This document shows positions 19,423 to 30,900 of a stretch of DNA of 64,000 nt, in pieces; position 1 is the stretch's first letter; every line of letters begins with the position of its first letter. The notes under the pieces were generated by a model. It saw nothing but the letters and a program-made list of their open reading frames with translations, searched no databases and had not been told where the DNA came from. The stretch is from NCBI GenBank assembly GCA_016870835.1, contig VGAG01000002.1, positions 4,051 to 68,050 on the forward strand, in the 5' to 3' direction. The DNA is from Actinomycetota bacterium. GTDB taxonomy: Bacteria > Actinomycetota > Actinomycetes > Nanopelagicales > Nanopelagicaceae. The position numbers and the translations under genes were made by a program.

Positions 19423-20141
19423 GCAAGCTAATACTTCTCCCAGCAGTCGATGTTCGTGGCGGAAAAGCGGTCCGATTAGTACGTGGCGAACTCAGCGCTG
19501 AATCCCAATACGGTGAACCACTCGAAGTAGCTATGGCATTTCAAAACGCCGGTGCAGAGTGGATTCACTTGGTTGATCTTGATGCCGCATTTGGTACTGG
19601 TGAGAATCAAGATTTACTCCGTGAAGTTATCTCTAAGTTAGATATCAAAGTTGAACTCTCGGGCGGAATCAGAGATGAAGAAAGTTTAAATCGCGCTCTT
19701 GCTACTGGCTGCTCTCGAGTAAACCTTGGTACCGCAGCGCTAGAAAGCCCTGAATGGACGGCATCTGTTATTGCCAAACATGGGGAACGGATCGCCGTAG
19801 GTCTTGATGTAAGAGGAAGAACACTCGCTGCACGGGGTTGGACTAAAGATGGTGGGGATTTGTTTGAAACGCTAGCTCGTCTTGATAGCGAGGGATGTGC
19901 AAGGTACGTCGTTACCGATGTGAACAAGGATGGCACGTTGCAAGGTCCAAATCTTGAGTTACTGAAACAAGTTTGTGCCGCTGCGAATAAACCGGTAATT
20001 GCCTCTGGAGGTGTTTCCTCATTAGATGATCTAAAGAAATTGAAGGAATTGGTTGGAATTGGAGTGGAAGGTGCAATAGTTGGGAAAGCCCTATATGCCA
20101 GAGCTTTCACTCTAGAAGAAGCGCTATCGGTGAGCTCATGA
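19419..20141 (+). CDS. priA: ProFAR isomerase of the actinobacterial PriA type (HisA; predicted dual HisA/TrpF activity)
   Basis: Motifs [15 protein letters not shown] and [12 protein letters not shown] prefer the ATG at 19419 (ATGA overlap with the hisH stop) over the TTG at 19404. Dual function is inferred from the family and from the absence of trpF in the adjacent trp genes. Confidence 0.9.
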   Translation: MSKLILLPAVDVRGGKAVRLVRGELSAESQYGEPLEVAMAFQNAGAEWIHLVDLDAAFGTGENQDLLREVISKLDIKVELSGGIRDEESLNRALATGCSRVNLGTAALESPEWTASVIAKHGERIAVGLDVRGRTLAARGWTKDGGDLFETLARLDSEGCARYVVTDVNKDGTLQGPNLELLKQVCAAANKPVIASGGVSSLDDLKKLKELVGIGVEGAIVGKALYARAFTLEEALSVSS

Positions 20142-20920
20142 CTCTTGCTACTCGGATAATTCCTTGCCTTGATGTATCTAATGGAAGAGTCGTAAAGGGC
20201 ATCAATTTTGTAAATCTAAAGGATGCCGGCGATCCGGTGGAGATGGCTGCAATCTATGCAAGGGAAGGTGCTGATGAAATCACCTTTCTCGATATTTCAG
20301 CATCAGTCGAGGGACGCGGAACAACGCTCGAGAATGTAAGGCGCACCGCCGATCAGATCTTTATTCCGCTAACAGTTGGCGGTGGAATCTCATCGGTTAA
20401 TGATGTAGACCAACTTCTCAGAGCAGGCGCCGATAAAGTTTCGATAAATACAGCTGCGATTAGAAACCCAGAATTGATTTCAGATATTGTGGAACGATTC
20501 GGAACACAAGTTCTTGTTTTATCTGTAGATGCGCGGCGAGCGCGCACAAAATCTGGTTTTGAAGTCACAACTCATGGTGGTCGTGAGAGCGCAGGTCTTG
20601 ATGCATTTGATTGGATTGAAGCGGCTGCATCACGTGGTGTCGGCGAAATACTGCTTAACTCGATGGACCGCGATGGAACTAGATCGGGTTATGACTTAGA
20701 GATGATTCGAAAGGTTAGGCAAATTTGCGATGTCCCATTAATTGCAAGTGGCGGAGCCGGTGATCTACTTGATTTTGAGCGGGCTTTAGCCGAGGGCGCA
20801 GACGCCTTATTGGCTGCGAGCGTATTTCACTTCGGGATCTATCGAATTGGTGAGGTTAAAGCGGCGCTCTCAAGGAGCGGATATGTTGTGCGCGAAGCTC
20901 ATGGCGTAAGCGAGAATTGA
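20138..20920 (+). CDS. hisF: Imidazole glycerol phosphate synthase, cyclase subunit
   Basis: Motifs [18 protein letters not shown] and IASGGAG. ATGA overlap with the upstream gene. Confidence 0.96.
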   Translation: MTLATRIIPCLDVSNGRVVKGINFVNLKDAGDPVEMAAIYAREGADEITFLDISASVEGRGTTLENVRRTADQIFIPLTVGGGISSVNDVDQLLRAGADKVSINTAAIRNPELISDIVERFGTQVLVLSVDARRARTKSGFEVTTHGGRESAGLDAFDWIEAAASRGVGEILLNSMDRDGTRSGYDLEMIRKVRQICDVPLIASGGAGDLLDFERALAEGADALLAASVFHFGIYRIGEVKAALSRSGYVVREAHGVSEN

Positions 20921-21252
20921 GCATGGACTCGGCATCTATCTTTAAAGATGAGAAAGCCCTCGTGGCGGCAATTTTGCAAGAAGGCGATACCGGCGAAGTG
21001 TTGATGTTGGGCTGGATGAATCGTGAAGCTTTTGAGAAGACTTTGGAGAGCAAGCGCGCCACATTCTGGAGTAGAAGCAGGAATCAACTCTGGGTTAAAG
21101 GTGAAAGCTCTGGGAATTTTCAAGATGTAATTTCTATTTCGATTGATTGTGACCGCGATGCGCTCTTGCTAAAGGTAAAGAGCCACGGACCGGCTTGTCA
21201 TACTGGAGAGCAGAGTTGCTTCCATGAATCTATTTCAAAGTTAAAAGATTAA
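20917..21252 (+). CDS. hisI: Phosphoribosyl-AMP cyclohydrolase (HisI only, no HisE domain)
   Basis: 111 aa. Motifs [25 protein letters not shown] and CHTGEQSCF. Confidence 0.93.
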   Translation: MSMDSASIFKDEKALVAAILQEGDTGEVLMLGWMNREAFEKTLESKRATFWSRSRNQLWVKGESSGNFQDVISISIDCDRDALLLKVKSHGPACHTGEQSCFHESISKLKD

Positions 21253-21254
21253 CG

Positions 21255-22751
21255 ATGAAGCCAATTCGCCTCGAAGAGTTTCGTGAGTACGCAAAAACTC
21301 ATAATGTCGTTCCGGTAGCCGAGAGCTTCCTAGCTGATAGCGAAACCCCATTAACTCTCTACGCCAAATTGGCAGGGCATCGTGAAAATACATTTCTACT
21401 TGAATCTGCTGAACATGGTGGAGCATGGTCTCGATACTCCTTCATTGGAGTAAATAGTGAAGCAACGCTTACGGAGGAAGCTGGTCGCGCTATTTGGATT
21501 GGACGCCCGCCTGCCGGTGCGCCCGTTGGTATTGATCCACTTGAAGCGCTTCGAATAACCAGCGCGCATCTTCGCGCTCCCAGAATAAAAGGTTTGCCGC
21601 GCTTAACTAGCGGCCTCGTTGGCTACATGGGCTACGACGCAGTTCGTCGCCTCGAATCTTTGCCAAGTACTTTAAGTGATCTACTTAATCTCCCTGAAAT
21701 TGCATTTATCTTGACTACCGATCTTGCTATCTATGACCACCTACAAGGAACGGTCACTCTCATTGCAAATGCAATTAATTGGGATGGCTCTGATGATGGA
21801 GTTGATGAGGCCTATGAAGCAGCGCTGGTTCGCCTCGGTGTAATGCGAGAAGCGCTAAAGCGTCCTATTCAAAGCACAATTTCTCATATCGATGCTCGTC
21901 CTGCTCCATCATTTCGGCGCCTGACAGAAAGTGATAGCTATATCAAATCTGTAGAGAGCATTAAAGAAGAGATTAGAAGCGGAGAGGCGTTCCAAGTCGT
22001 TCTCTCGCAGCGCTTTGAGATTGAATCTAAGAATGATCCTTTTGATGTTTATCGAATGCTCAGGCTGCACAATCCAAGCCCGTACATGTACTTATTCCGC
22101 TTTAGAGATGGCCTGTCGATTGTTGGATCTAGCCCCGAAGCGCTCGTGAAGGTTACAGATGGCGAAGTCATGGTCCACCCAATTGCTGGAACGCGAAAAC
22201 GATCACTCGATCAAGCCGAGGATGTAAGGCTCGGCGAAGAGCTGCTGCAAGATCCTAAGGAGCGAGCGGAACATTTGATGCTAGTTGATCTAGGTAGAAA
22301 TGACTTGGGTCGTGTGTGTAAATCAGGTTCAGTAAAGGTTGTTGAATTTATGCAACTAGAGCGGTATTCACATGTAATGCATATAGTTTCAACGGTACTT
22401 GGTGATCTCAGCGATAAGAAGTTAGCAATTGATGCGCTTTATTCGGTATTCCCTGCAGGAACACTCTCTGGAGCGCCGAAGCCACGCGCGATGGAGATCA
22501 TCGAAGAACATGAACCTTTCCGACGCGGCATTTACGGTGGCGCAATTGGCTACGTCGATTTCACAGGCAACTTAGATACTTGTATTGCAATCCGCACAGC
22601 AGTTATAAAAAATGGCGTTGCATATGTCCAAGCAGGCGCGGGAATAGTTGCTGATTCAATACCTGTAAATGAAGAGGAAGAATGTCGCAATAAAGCGGCT
22701 GCTGTGCTCGGCGCAATTGAAGCGGCAAATCAATTAAGGACTTTAACGTGA
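21255..22751 (+). CDS. trpE: Anthranilate synthase component I
   Basis: 498 aa. Motifs LLESAEHGG, GTLSGAPK, GIYGGAIGY and GAGIVADS. It starts 2 nt after the hisI stop. Confidence 0.95.
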   Translation: MKPIRLEEFREYAKTHNVVPVAESFLADSETPLTLYAKLAGHRENTFLLESAEHGGAWSRYSFIGVNSEATLTEEAGRAIWIGRPPAGAPVGIDPLEALRITSAHLRAPRIKGLPRLTSGLVGYMGYDAVRRLESLPSTLSDLLNLPEIAFILTTDLAIYDHLQGTVTLIANAINWDGSDDGVDEAYEAALVRLGVMREALKRPIQSTISHIDARPAPSFRRLTESDSYIKSVESIKEEIRSGEAFQVVLSQRFEIESKNDPFDVYRMLRLHNPSPYMYLFRFRDGLSIVGSSPEALVKVTDGEVMVHPIAGTRKRSLDQAEDVRLGEELLQDPKERAEHLMLVDLGRNDLGRVCKSGSVKVVEFMQLERYSHVMHIVSTVLGDLSDKKLAIDALYSVFPAGTLSGAPKPRAMEIIEEHEPFRRGIYGGAIGYVDFTGNLDTCIAIRTAVIKNGVAYVQAGAGIVADSIPVNEEEECRNKAAAVLGAIEAANQLRTLT

Positions 22752-23530
22752 GCGTTTTGGATTCAATCATTGAAGGCGTGAAAGAAGATGAGGCGCGCAG
22801 AAGGATTGATAAAGCTCGTTTAAGAGAACTGATCGAGAGAGCCCCAAAGGCAAGAGATGCGATTGCGGCGCTCTCAGGTCAGAGCCTCTCTGTGATTGCA
22901 GAAGTTAAACGCTCCTCACCAAGTAAAGGTGATCTATCCAATATCCCTAGCCCCTCCAATCTTGCAAAAACTTATGCTGAGAGCGGCGCATCAGTCGTAA
23001 GTGTTCTCACCGAAGAACGAAGATTTAAGGGATCCCTTGCGGATTTCCAAGCAGCTCGGGAAGTAATTGAAATCCCCATGCTTCGAAAGGACTTTATTGT
23101 TAGTGAGTATTTAATTGAAGAGAGTAGAGCGTTTGGCGCTGATTTGATTCTGTTGATTGTTGCGGCTTTAGATAATCACCAACTAAGAGACTTCTCGGAT
23201 CTCGCCACCGGCCTTGGTATGAGCGTTTTAGTGGAGGTTCATGATGAGGCGGAACTGGAACGTGCGGTTTCAATAAACCCAAGAGTAATTGGAGTAAATG
23301 CGCGCAACCTAAAGACGCTCGAGGTAGATCAAGGTGCGTTTAGAAAACTCTTGCCTCTTATTCCGAACGGGGTATTAAGAGTGGCGGAATCAGGGATGAG
23401 TTCGAAAGCGGATGCGCAGTTTGCTCGAAACTACGGTGCGGATGCGATCTTGGTTGGAGAGGCTTTAGTTAAGGCCTCAAACCCGGCTGAACTGATAAAG
23501 GACTTTCTATCCTGCGAGAGTATGAAGTGA
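22748..23530 (+). CDS. trpC: Indole-3-glycerol phosphate synthase
   Basis: GTGA overlap with trpE. Motifs [18 protein letters not shown] and GVNARNL. Confidence 0.95.
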   Translation: MSVLDSIIEGVKEDEARRRIDKARLRELIERAPKARDAIAALSGQSLSVIAEVKRSSPSKGDLSNIPSPSNLAKTYAESGASVVSVLTEERRFKGSLADFQAAREVIEIPMLRKDFIVSEYLIEESRAFGADLILLIVAALDNHQLRDFSDLATGLGMSVLVEVHDEAELERAVSINPRVIGVNARNLKTLEVDQGAFRKLLPLIPNGVLRVAESGMSSKADAQFARNYGADAILVGEALVKASNPAELIKDFLSCESMK

Positions 23531-23546
23531 AAAGTATGGTTATCTC

Positions 23547-24734
23547 ATGAGTACTGATCTTGTTGGGCACTTTGGCAAGTTCGGTGGTCGTTTTGTTCCC
23601 GAAGCGCTGGTATCGGCCCTTGATGAATTGGCCCAAGCCCATCAAAGCGCCCAAGAAGATCCAGACTTTCAATTTGAATTGATGGAATTGCACCGGACTT
23701 ATACCGGAAGGCCCTCAATAATTACAGAAGCCCATCGTTTCTCTGCATACGCGGGTGGAGCTCGAATTTTTCTAAAACGTGAAGATTTAAATCACACCGG
23801 AAGTCACAAAATAAATAATGTCTTGGGACAAGCTTTAATCACTAAGCGGATGGGTAAGAAACGCATTATCGCTGAGACCGGCGCCGGTCAGCACGGAGTC
23901 GCATCGGCAACTGCAGCTGCTTTATTAGGTCTTGAATGTGTTGTCTACATGGGTGAGGAAGATACAAAGCGACAAGCGCTTAACGTTGCTCGGATGAAAC
24001 TCCTTGGCGCAGAAGTAATTCCAGTTACGACTGGATCACGGACTTTAAAAGATGCGATAAATGAGGCGATGCGTGATTGGGTAACAAATGTTGAAACTAC
24101 TCATTATCTTCTAGGCACAGTTGCTGGCCCGGATCCTTTCCCAACCATGGTCCGTGACTTCCATCGGATTATTGGTGATGAAGCGCGCGCTCAAATCCTG
24201 GAGTTAACGGGACGCCTGCCTGATGCGGTCTTGGCCTGTGTTGGTGGTGGATCAAATGCAATCGGAATCTTCTCTGCATTTATTGGCGATAAATCAGTGC
24301 GCTTGATTGGCCTTGAAGCCGGCGGGGAAGGGCTAGATAGTGGAAAACATGCAGCGACGTTAGTTGGCGGAACCCCCGGTGTACTCCACGGAACTCGCAC
24401 CTATGTCTTACAAGATGAAGATGGTCAGACAAAAGAATCTCACTCAATCTCAGCTGGCCTGGATTACCCAGGTGTGGGACCAGAACATGCCTATTTGTAT
24501 GAATCAGGCAGAGCCGAATATCGAGCAATTACCGACAAGGAAGCAATGGAAGCCTTTGCCCTTCTATCAAAGAGTGAAGGAATAATTCCGGCGATTGAAA
24601 CAGCACATGCCCTTGCTGGTGCAATCAAAGTAGGTAAAGAGCTGGGGGAGCGAGCTAACTTCCTGATTAATCTCTCTGGTCGCGGAGATAAAGATGTTCA
24701 AACGGCCGCAAATTACTTCGGAATTCCACTCTAG
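23547..24734 (+). CDS. trpB: Tryptophan synthase beta chain
   Basis: Motifs [11 protein letters not shown] (PLP Lys), GGGSNAIG and SGRGDKD. Confidence 0.97.
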   Translation: MSTDLVGHFGKFGGRFVPEALVSALDELAQAHQSAQEDPDFQFELMELHRTYTGRPSIITEAHRFSAYAGGARIFLKREDLNHTGSHKINNVLGQALITKRMGKKRIIAETGAGQHGVASATAAALLGLECVVYMGEEDTKRQALNVARMKLLGAEVIPVTTGSRTLKDAINEAMRDWVTNVETTHYLLGTVAGPDPFPTMVRDFHRIIGDEARAQILELTGRLPDAVLACVGGGSNAIGIFSAFIGDKSVRLIGLEAGGEGLDSGKHAATLVGGTPGVLHGTRTYVLQDEDGQTKESHSISAGLDYPGVGPEHAYLYESGRAEYRAITDKEAMEAFALLSKSEGIIPAIETAHALAGAIKVGKELGERANFLINLSGRGDKDVQTAANYFGIPL

Positions 24735-24751
24735 AAATCAAGCCGAGTTCA

Positions 24752-25537
24752 ATGAACCTTCTTGGTCAAAGTTTTGAAATAGCGCGGGAAGAAAATCGCG
24801 CGCTCTTAATCGGCTATCTGACGGCGGGCTTTCCGAATATGGAGCGTTGCAAGTCGGCGATTAAGGCGATGATTGATGGTGGCGTTGATCTAATTGAAGT
24901 CGGATTTCCATATAGCGATCCAGTAATGGATGGCCCTGTTATCCAGCAAGCATCAGAGATTGCGTTAGCGAATGGTGTTGGTGCAAAAGAAGTATTCGAA
25001 ATTGTTGCTTCGAGTACGGTTCCAACTCTTGTTATGTCTTACTGGAATCCAATCGAAAAATTTGGAGTCGATGCTTTCGCACAGGAGCTAAGAGACGCAG
25101 GCGGTTGTGGCGTAATCACTCCTGATTTAACAATCGAGGAGTCGCAAGATTGGATTAAAGCAACGCAGGACTCTAAATTAGATCGCGTTTACGTTGTTGC
25201 CCCCAGCACAAGAGATGCCCGACTCTCAAAAGTAACTTCAAACTGTTCTGGCTTCATCTACGCGGCAAGCTTGATGGGAGTTACCGGCACAAGGAGCGCT
25301 TTATCCGGGGCGGCTGAATCTCTTGTGATGCGTATTAGAGAGGTATCAAAAACTCCTGTAGCAGTAGGCCTTGGGGTCTCAAATGGCCAACAAGCAAGCG
25401 AGATCGCCAAATATGCCGATGGCGTGATTGTTGGCTCAGCATTCATTAAGTTATTACTTGAAAATGGGGATGAGCAAGAGGCAAATCGAAGCCTGACCGC
25501 TCTCTCGCAAGAACTATCTGAGGCGGTTAGAAGGTAA
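24752..25537 (+). CDS. trpA: Tryptophan synthase alpha chain
   Basis: Motifs IEVGFPYSDPVMDGPVIQ, GVTG and VGSAFI. Confidence 0.95.
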   Translation: MNLLGQSFEIAREENRALLIGYLTAGFPNMERCKSAIKAMIDGGVDLIEVGFPYSDPVMDGPVIQQASEIALANGVGAKEVFEIVASSTVPTLVMSYWNPIEKFGVDAFAQELRDAGGCGVITPDLTIEESQDWIKATQDSKLDRVYVVAPSTRDARLSKVTSNCSGFIYAASLMGVTGTRSALSGAAESLVMRIREVSKTPVAVGLGVSNGQQASEIAKYADGVIVGSAFIKLLLENGDEQEANRSLTALSQELSEAVRR

Positions 25538-25607
25538 GAGGACTCTTTCGCCCTTATGCCTTAGAATTTTTTCTATCGATTAAGTAACGCAAACGCTAGG
25601 AGTAAAG

Positions 25608-26348
25608 GTGCCCAAGCAAGCGAAAGAGCGAGTAAGAGACCAGAAGCCAAAAGGTGACACCCTTACGAGGAATCTTGTTTTGGGAATGATTGGCTTCGTA
25701 ATTCTTATCCTGGGAGTTTTCACTGTACTTGATAGGCAATCCGGAAGCAGTGCGGAGTCTCCGTTAGCAATCGAGAACCTTGATACTTCATCGCTGGGTG
25801 AGCCACTAGTTGGCACTGTAAGTGAGACAAATGACTACGGAATTGTTTTTAACCCTGATGCAACTCTTCAAATTGATATCTGGGAGGACTTCCAGTGCCC
25901 GTATTGCAACTTCTTTGAACAGGCAAATGGTTCGTATGTAGATGAGTTAATAAGAAATAAAGAAGCCAAAGTTGTTTATCACATGGCATCCTTCTTAGGT
26001 CAAGAGTCAGTTCGAGCATCTAATGCTTCATATTGCGCAGTTGAAGAGGGCCGCTTCCTTGATTTCCATAAGGCTATCTATAACGTGCAAGGAGCTGAGA
26101 ACTCCGGACTCTTCTCAAATAAGAATTTGATTACCATTGGCGAAAAATTGGGAATCACAACTCAGAGTTTCAAGGACTGTGTCAACAATAATGAATTTGG
26201 TGATACTGTGAAAAAAGTTGCGGAGTCCATGCCGAAAAACAAAGTTCAAGGTACTCCGACAATCTTTATAAATGGCAAACTCTGGGAGCGTAAGTCAAAT
26301 GACTTTAACGTTGAGGAGTTCAAGGCGGCTGTAGAAGCAGCCAAGTAA
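25608..26348 (+). CDS. Membrane-anchored DsbA-family thiol:disulfide oxidoreductase
   Basis: GTG start after AGGAG. One N-terminal TM segment and a thioredoxin-fold CPYC active site (WEDFQCPYCNFFE). It lies between trpA and lgt. Confidence 0.8.
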   Translation: MPKQAKERVRDQKPKGDTLTRNLVLGMIGFVILILGVFTVLDRQSGSSAESPLAIENLDTSSLGEPLVGTVSETNDYGIVFNPDATLQIDIWEDFQCPYCNFFEQANGSYVDELIRNKEAKVVYHMASFLGQESVRASNASYCAVEEGRFLDFHKAIYNVQGAENSGLFSNKNLITIGEKLGITTQSFKDCVNNNEFGDTVKKVAESMPKNKVQGTPTIFINGKLWERKSNDFNVEEFKAAVEAAK

Positions 26349-26360
26349 AGAAAGTCAAGA

Positions 26361-27185
26361 GTGAGCTTCTTAAGCATTCCCTCACCGACCCGGTCTCTAC
26401 TTGAAATCGGGCCGCTGACCATTCATTTCTATGCCCTCTGCATTATTTTGGGAATCGTCGCCGCAGTCCTGATTGGAAGTCGAAGATTTGTCGCAAAGGG
26501 TGGAGCAGCAGGAGTTGTAGGAGATGTCGCAATCTTCGCCGTTCCCGCCGGAATCGTTGGCGGAAGGATTTATCACGTCATTACCTCTCCATCAGATTAC
26601 TTTGGTGAAGGCGGACGCCCCATCGAGGCCTTCTATATCTGGCAAGGCGGGCTTGGGATTTGGGGGGCGATAAGCCTCGGTGCACTCGGTGCATTTCTTG
26701 CATATAGAAGACATCCAAAACGTGCCGATATTTCCTTTGCGAGTTTTGCAGATGCAATTGCACCGGGCCTATTAGTGGCTCAAGGAATTGGAAGATTTGG
26801 TAATTGGTTTAATAAGGAATTGTTTGGCAGACCTCTTGATGCGCCTTGGGCGCTAGAGATACCACTTCGATATCGCCCTTTTGGTTACTCCAAGTTTGAA
26901 ACTTTTCATCCCACTTTTCTTTACGAAGCACTCTGGTGCTTTCTAATTGCAGCACTTCTTGTTCTGCTTGGTAGGCGTCACGCTTTGCAAAAGGGAAGCA
27001 TCTTTGCGTTTTACGTAGCGCTTTACTCATTGGGACGTGGTGTGATTGAAACGCTACGAATAGATGAGAGTAATTTGATTTTAGGGCTCCGGCTTAATAT
27101 TTGGACCAGTCTCATTCTCTTCGTTTCAGCCACTTTCGTTGCTTATAGGTTAATTCGTCCCGGTCAAAGTAAAGTTAAGTCATGA
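26361..27185 (+). CDS. lgt: Prolipoprotein diacylglyceryl transferase
   Basis: Motifs GGRIYH and GRFGNWFNKELFG in a multi-TM protein. Confidence 0.92.
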   Translation: MSFLSIPSPTRSLLEIGPLTIHFYALCIILGIVAAVLIGSRRFVAKGGAAGVVGDVAIFAVPAGIVGGRIYHVITSPSDYFGEGGRPIEAFYIWQGGLGIWGAISLGALGAFLAYRRHPKRADISFASFADAIAPGLLVAQGIGRFGNWFNKELFGRPLDAPWALEIPLRYRPFGYSKFETFHPTFLYEALWCFLIAALLVLLGRRHALQKGSIFAFYVALYSLGRGVIETLRIDESNLILGLRLNIWTSLILFVSATFVAYRLIRPGQSKVKS

Positions 27186-27889
27186 ATCTCAATCATATAA
27201 ATAAGCCGATCGAGGACCACAAAACCCACCGTGCTGGTTGGTTGCGTGCTGCTGTCCTTGGCGTCAATGATGGTCTTGTATCAACGGCTTCGCTGATGAT
27301 CGGAATTGTTTCAGCTGGAAAAAATGAATTTGTCATAACAGCCGGCTCGGCCGCAATTGCAGCAGGTGCGATGTCTATGGCTGTCGGTGAGTATGTATCA
27401 GTTCGCTCGCAGAATGACATCGAGGAGTCCGATCGACTTCTTGAGATGGAACATCTTAAAGAGGATCCAGAAGGTGAATTGGAAGAGTTAACTCAGATCT
27501 ACCAAGCACGAGGAATTTCGCGGGGATTAGCTGTGCAGATTGCGAAGGAACTTCATCAACATGACGCACTTGGCGCGCATTTACGAGATGAGCTTGGCCA
27601 GAACGAAGCAACGAAAGCGCGGCCCTTGCAAGCAGCGTTTGCCTCGGCCCTAAGTTTTACCGCCGGTGGACTGATTCCATTTCTAGGAGCTTTTGCACCG
27701 GGCCTGGGCGAGGAGGCGCTCTCAATCATTGGATTCTCATTCCTTGGCCTAGTTGCTGCGGGTGTTGTCAGCGCAAAGACTGCTGGGGCAAAGATTGGCC
27801 GAACCACAATTCGCATTGTTTTGGGTGGCGCGCTTGGAATGGCCATAACCGCTGCAGTAGGCCAGATCGCTCAGATATCCGGTATTTAG
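27182..27889 (+). CDS. VIT1/CCC1-family putative iron/manganese transporter
   Basis: ATGA overlap with lgt. Motif VLGVNDGLVSTASLMIG, with several C-terminal TM segments and a central acidic helix region. Confidence 0.75.
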   Translation: MNLNHINKPIEDHKTHRAGWLRAAVLGVNDGLVSTASLMIGIVSAGKNEFVITAGSAAIAAGAMSMAVGEYVSVRSQNDIEESDRLLEMEHLKEDPEGELEELTQIYQARGISRGLAVQIAKELHQHDALGAHLRDELGQNEATKARPLQAAFASALSFTAGGLIPFLGAFAPGLGEEALSIIGFSFLGLVAAGVVSAKTAGAKIGRTTIRIVLGGALGMAITAAVGQIAQISGI

Positions 27890-27994
27890 TTTCTTTGGTA
27901 GATTTTCCCTTCCACCGGGCCATTGCCGTCCCAACAAGTCATTTCAGCTAACTCTGTGAGCTAACGACTTTATTGAATTAAGGGATGGAGTCTG

Positions 27995-30900
27995 ATGGCA
28001 TTCTCACAACTCTTTAGCGCTCTGCCGGAGCGAGATGGTCTTTATGATCCATCCTTCGAGCATGATGCCTGCGGCGTTGCCATGGTCGCGACTCTCAATA
28101 AGAATGCAACGCACGAGATAGTTGAGCAAGGTCTAGAAGCACTTAAAAATCTTGAACATCGGGGCGCATCAGGCGCGGAAGTAAATAGCGGTGATGGCGC
28201 AGGAATTCTCATCGGAATCCCAGATCAATTCTTCCGTAGCGTTCTCTCCTTCAAACTCCCTGAATTAGGGAGTTATGCAGCCGGTATTGCATTCATTCCA
28301 AAAGAATTTAAGGAGTTAGCACGCCTTGAGGTTTTAGCGAAAGAAGAGGGGCTGGAACTTCTAGGTTGGCGCGAAGTTCCGATCGACTCAGCAAGTCTTG
28401 GTGACACTGCAACCTCAATCATGCCGAACTTTCAACAGATCTTCTTAGCTGGCTCTAATGGCGAGCGTGGTATTGAACTAGATAGGAAAGCTTTCTGTTT
28501 TAGAAAGCGTGCTGAGCATCAACTTCAAATCTACTTCTGCTCACTATCATCCCAGACCATCGTCTATAAAGGCATGCTCACTACCCATCAGCTCTCTGAA
28601 TTTTTTCCAGATTTGCGCGATGAAAAGTTCGCATCAAGATTTGCCTTGGTTCATTCAAGATTTTCCACAAACACCTTTCCATCTTGGCCTCTTGCTCACC
28701 CATACCGATTTGTCGCCCATAATGGTGAGATCAATACCGTTAAAGGCAATCGCAATTGGATGGCCGCGCGTGAATCACTTCTTGAAAGCCAGTTAATCCC
28801 AGGGGATTTAAAGCGCCTCTTTCCGATTGTTGATCCCAATGGAAGCGACACCGCCTCCTTTGATGAGGTTCTAGAACTTCTCTACCTGGGTGGCCGTTCA
28901 CTTCCGCACTCAGTCTTGATGATGATTCCTGAGGCGTGGGAGAACCACGAAACCATGTCTGAAGTTAGAAAAGATTTCTATCGATTCCATGCTTCCCTTA
29001 TGGAACCGTGGGACGGACCGGCATGTATCACCTTTACTGATGGAAACTTGATTGGGGCTGTCTTAGATCGAAATGGGCTAAGACCAAGTCGATTCTGGAT
29101 CACAAAGGATGGACTTGTTGTCTTGGCAAGTGAAGTTGGCGTTCTTGATATCCCACAAGATCGCGTCTTGCGTAAAGGTAGATTGCAACCAGGCAAGATG
29201 TTCTTGGTTGATTTAAATGATGGTCGAATAATTGAAGATGATGAAATTAAGGATGGGTTAGCTAACGCCGCACCTTATAGCGAGTGGTTACACGCTGGAA
29301 TGGTGCGACTTAAGGATATTCCGGCTCGCGAACACATCTTCTATCCGCACTCATCGGTTCTACGAAGACAGCGTGCATTTGGTTATACCGAAGAAGAGTT
29401 GCGCATGATTATTACTCCGATGGCTAGGACTGGAGCAGAACCAATCGGTTCAATGGGCACTGATACCCCTGTGGCCGTTCTCTCTGAAAAACCCAGACTC
29501 CTCTTTGATTACTTCTCTCAACTCTTTGCCCAAGTAACTAACCCACCCCTCGATGCAATTCGCGAGGAGCTCGTTACTTCCCTAGGCAGCTCGATTGGCC
29601 CGGAACATAATCTCTTAGATCCTGGCCCAGCATCTTGTCGGCAGATCTCCCTTGAATTCCCAGTTCTTGATAACGATCAACTAGCGAAGATCATCCATGT
29701 GAATGCTGATGGAAATAATCCTGGTTTCTCTAGCTATGTGGTTCGTGGACTCTTCCCGATCGCAGATGGGGGGGAGGGTCTAAAGGCAAGACTTGAGGAG
29801 ATTAGAGCTGAAGTCTCAGCGGCAATAAGCGAGGGTGCGCGCATCATTGTGCTCTCGGATCGAGATGGAGATGGCGAGAACGCACCAATACCCTCTTTAT
29901 TACTTACTGCTGCCGTGCACCATCACCTCATTCGCGAAAAGACTCGCACCAAGGTTGGCCTGGTTGTTGAAACCGGCGAAGTAAGAGAAGTGCATCATGT
30001 CGCTCTCTTGATTGGCTATGGAGCGGCCGCTGTAAATCCTTATCTCGCGATGGAATCTGCGGAAGATTTAGTGCTTCATGGAATCATCACGGATGTAACG
30101 GCAGATAAAGCGGTTTACAACTTAATTAAGGCGCTTGGTAAAGGTGTTTTAAAAGTTATGTCAAAGATGGGCATTTCAACAATCGCTTCATATACGGGCG
30201 CGCAAGTTTTTGAAGCCCTAGGGCTATCACAAGAGTTAATTGATGAGTATTTCGTTGGCACTACCTCAAGACTCGGTGGAGTTGGAATTGAAGTGATTGC
30301 TGAAGAAACAATTAAGCGTCACCACATTGCATACCCACCCGGAGGAGAGATCCCGAATACCAAGCGGCTACAGATCGGCGGAGAGTACCAATGGCGCCGT
30401 GAAGGCGAGCCACATCTCTTTGATCCCGAAACGGTTTTTGCGCTGCAACACGCTACCCGCGCTAAGCGCTATGACATCTTCAAACGTTACACAACCCGAA
30501 TTGATGAACAATCAGAAGCTCTCATGACTTTGCGTGGACTCTTTACATTTAAAGAGGGAGTCCGAAAGCCAATTTCAATCGATGAAGTTGAACCTGTCTC
30601 ATCAATCGTAAAGCGATTCTCAACCGGTGCGATGTCATACGGTTCGATTTCGCAAGAGGCGCACGAAACTCTTGCGATTGCAATGAATCGCCTTGGCGCG
30701 AAATCAAATACTGGCGAAGGTGGTGAGGATCCGGAACGCTTTCAACCACTTGAAAATGGCGACTCAAAACGTTCGGCTATAAAGCAGGTTGCCTCAGGTC
30801 GCTTTGGTGTTACGAGCGAATATCTTGTTAACGCCGATGATCTGCAGATAAAAATGGCACAGGGTGCAAAGCCTGGTGAAGGCGGACAACTTCCTGGAAA

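Noticed and set aside
25531-25572. A possible terminator after trpA: AAGGTAAG ... CTTA(tg)CCTT followed by TTTTTT.
   Set aside because: The stem is short, AT-rich and bulged. The loop is about 14 nt and 4 nt separate the stem from the T-run. I would not call it without a terminator-prediction score.
27931-27975. A canonical GlnR box (gTnAc-N6-GaAAc) upstream of gltB.
   Set aside because: The heptamer repeat has a 13-nt period, not the 11-nt period of GlnR a/b sites, and the half-sites match poorly. I therefore report only the raw direct repeat.
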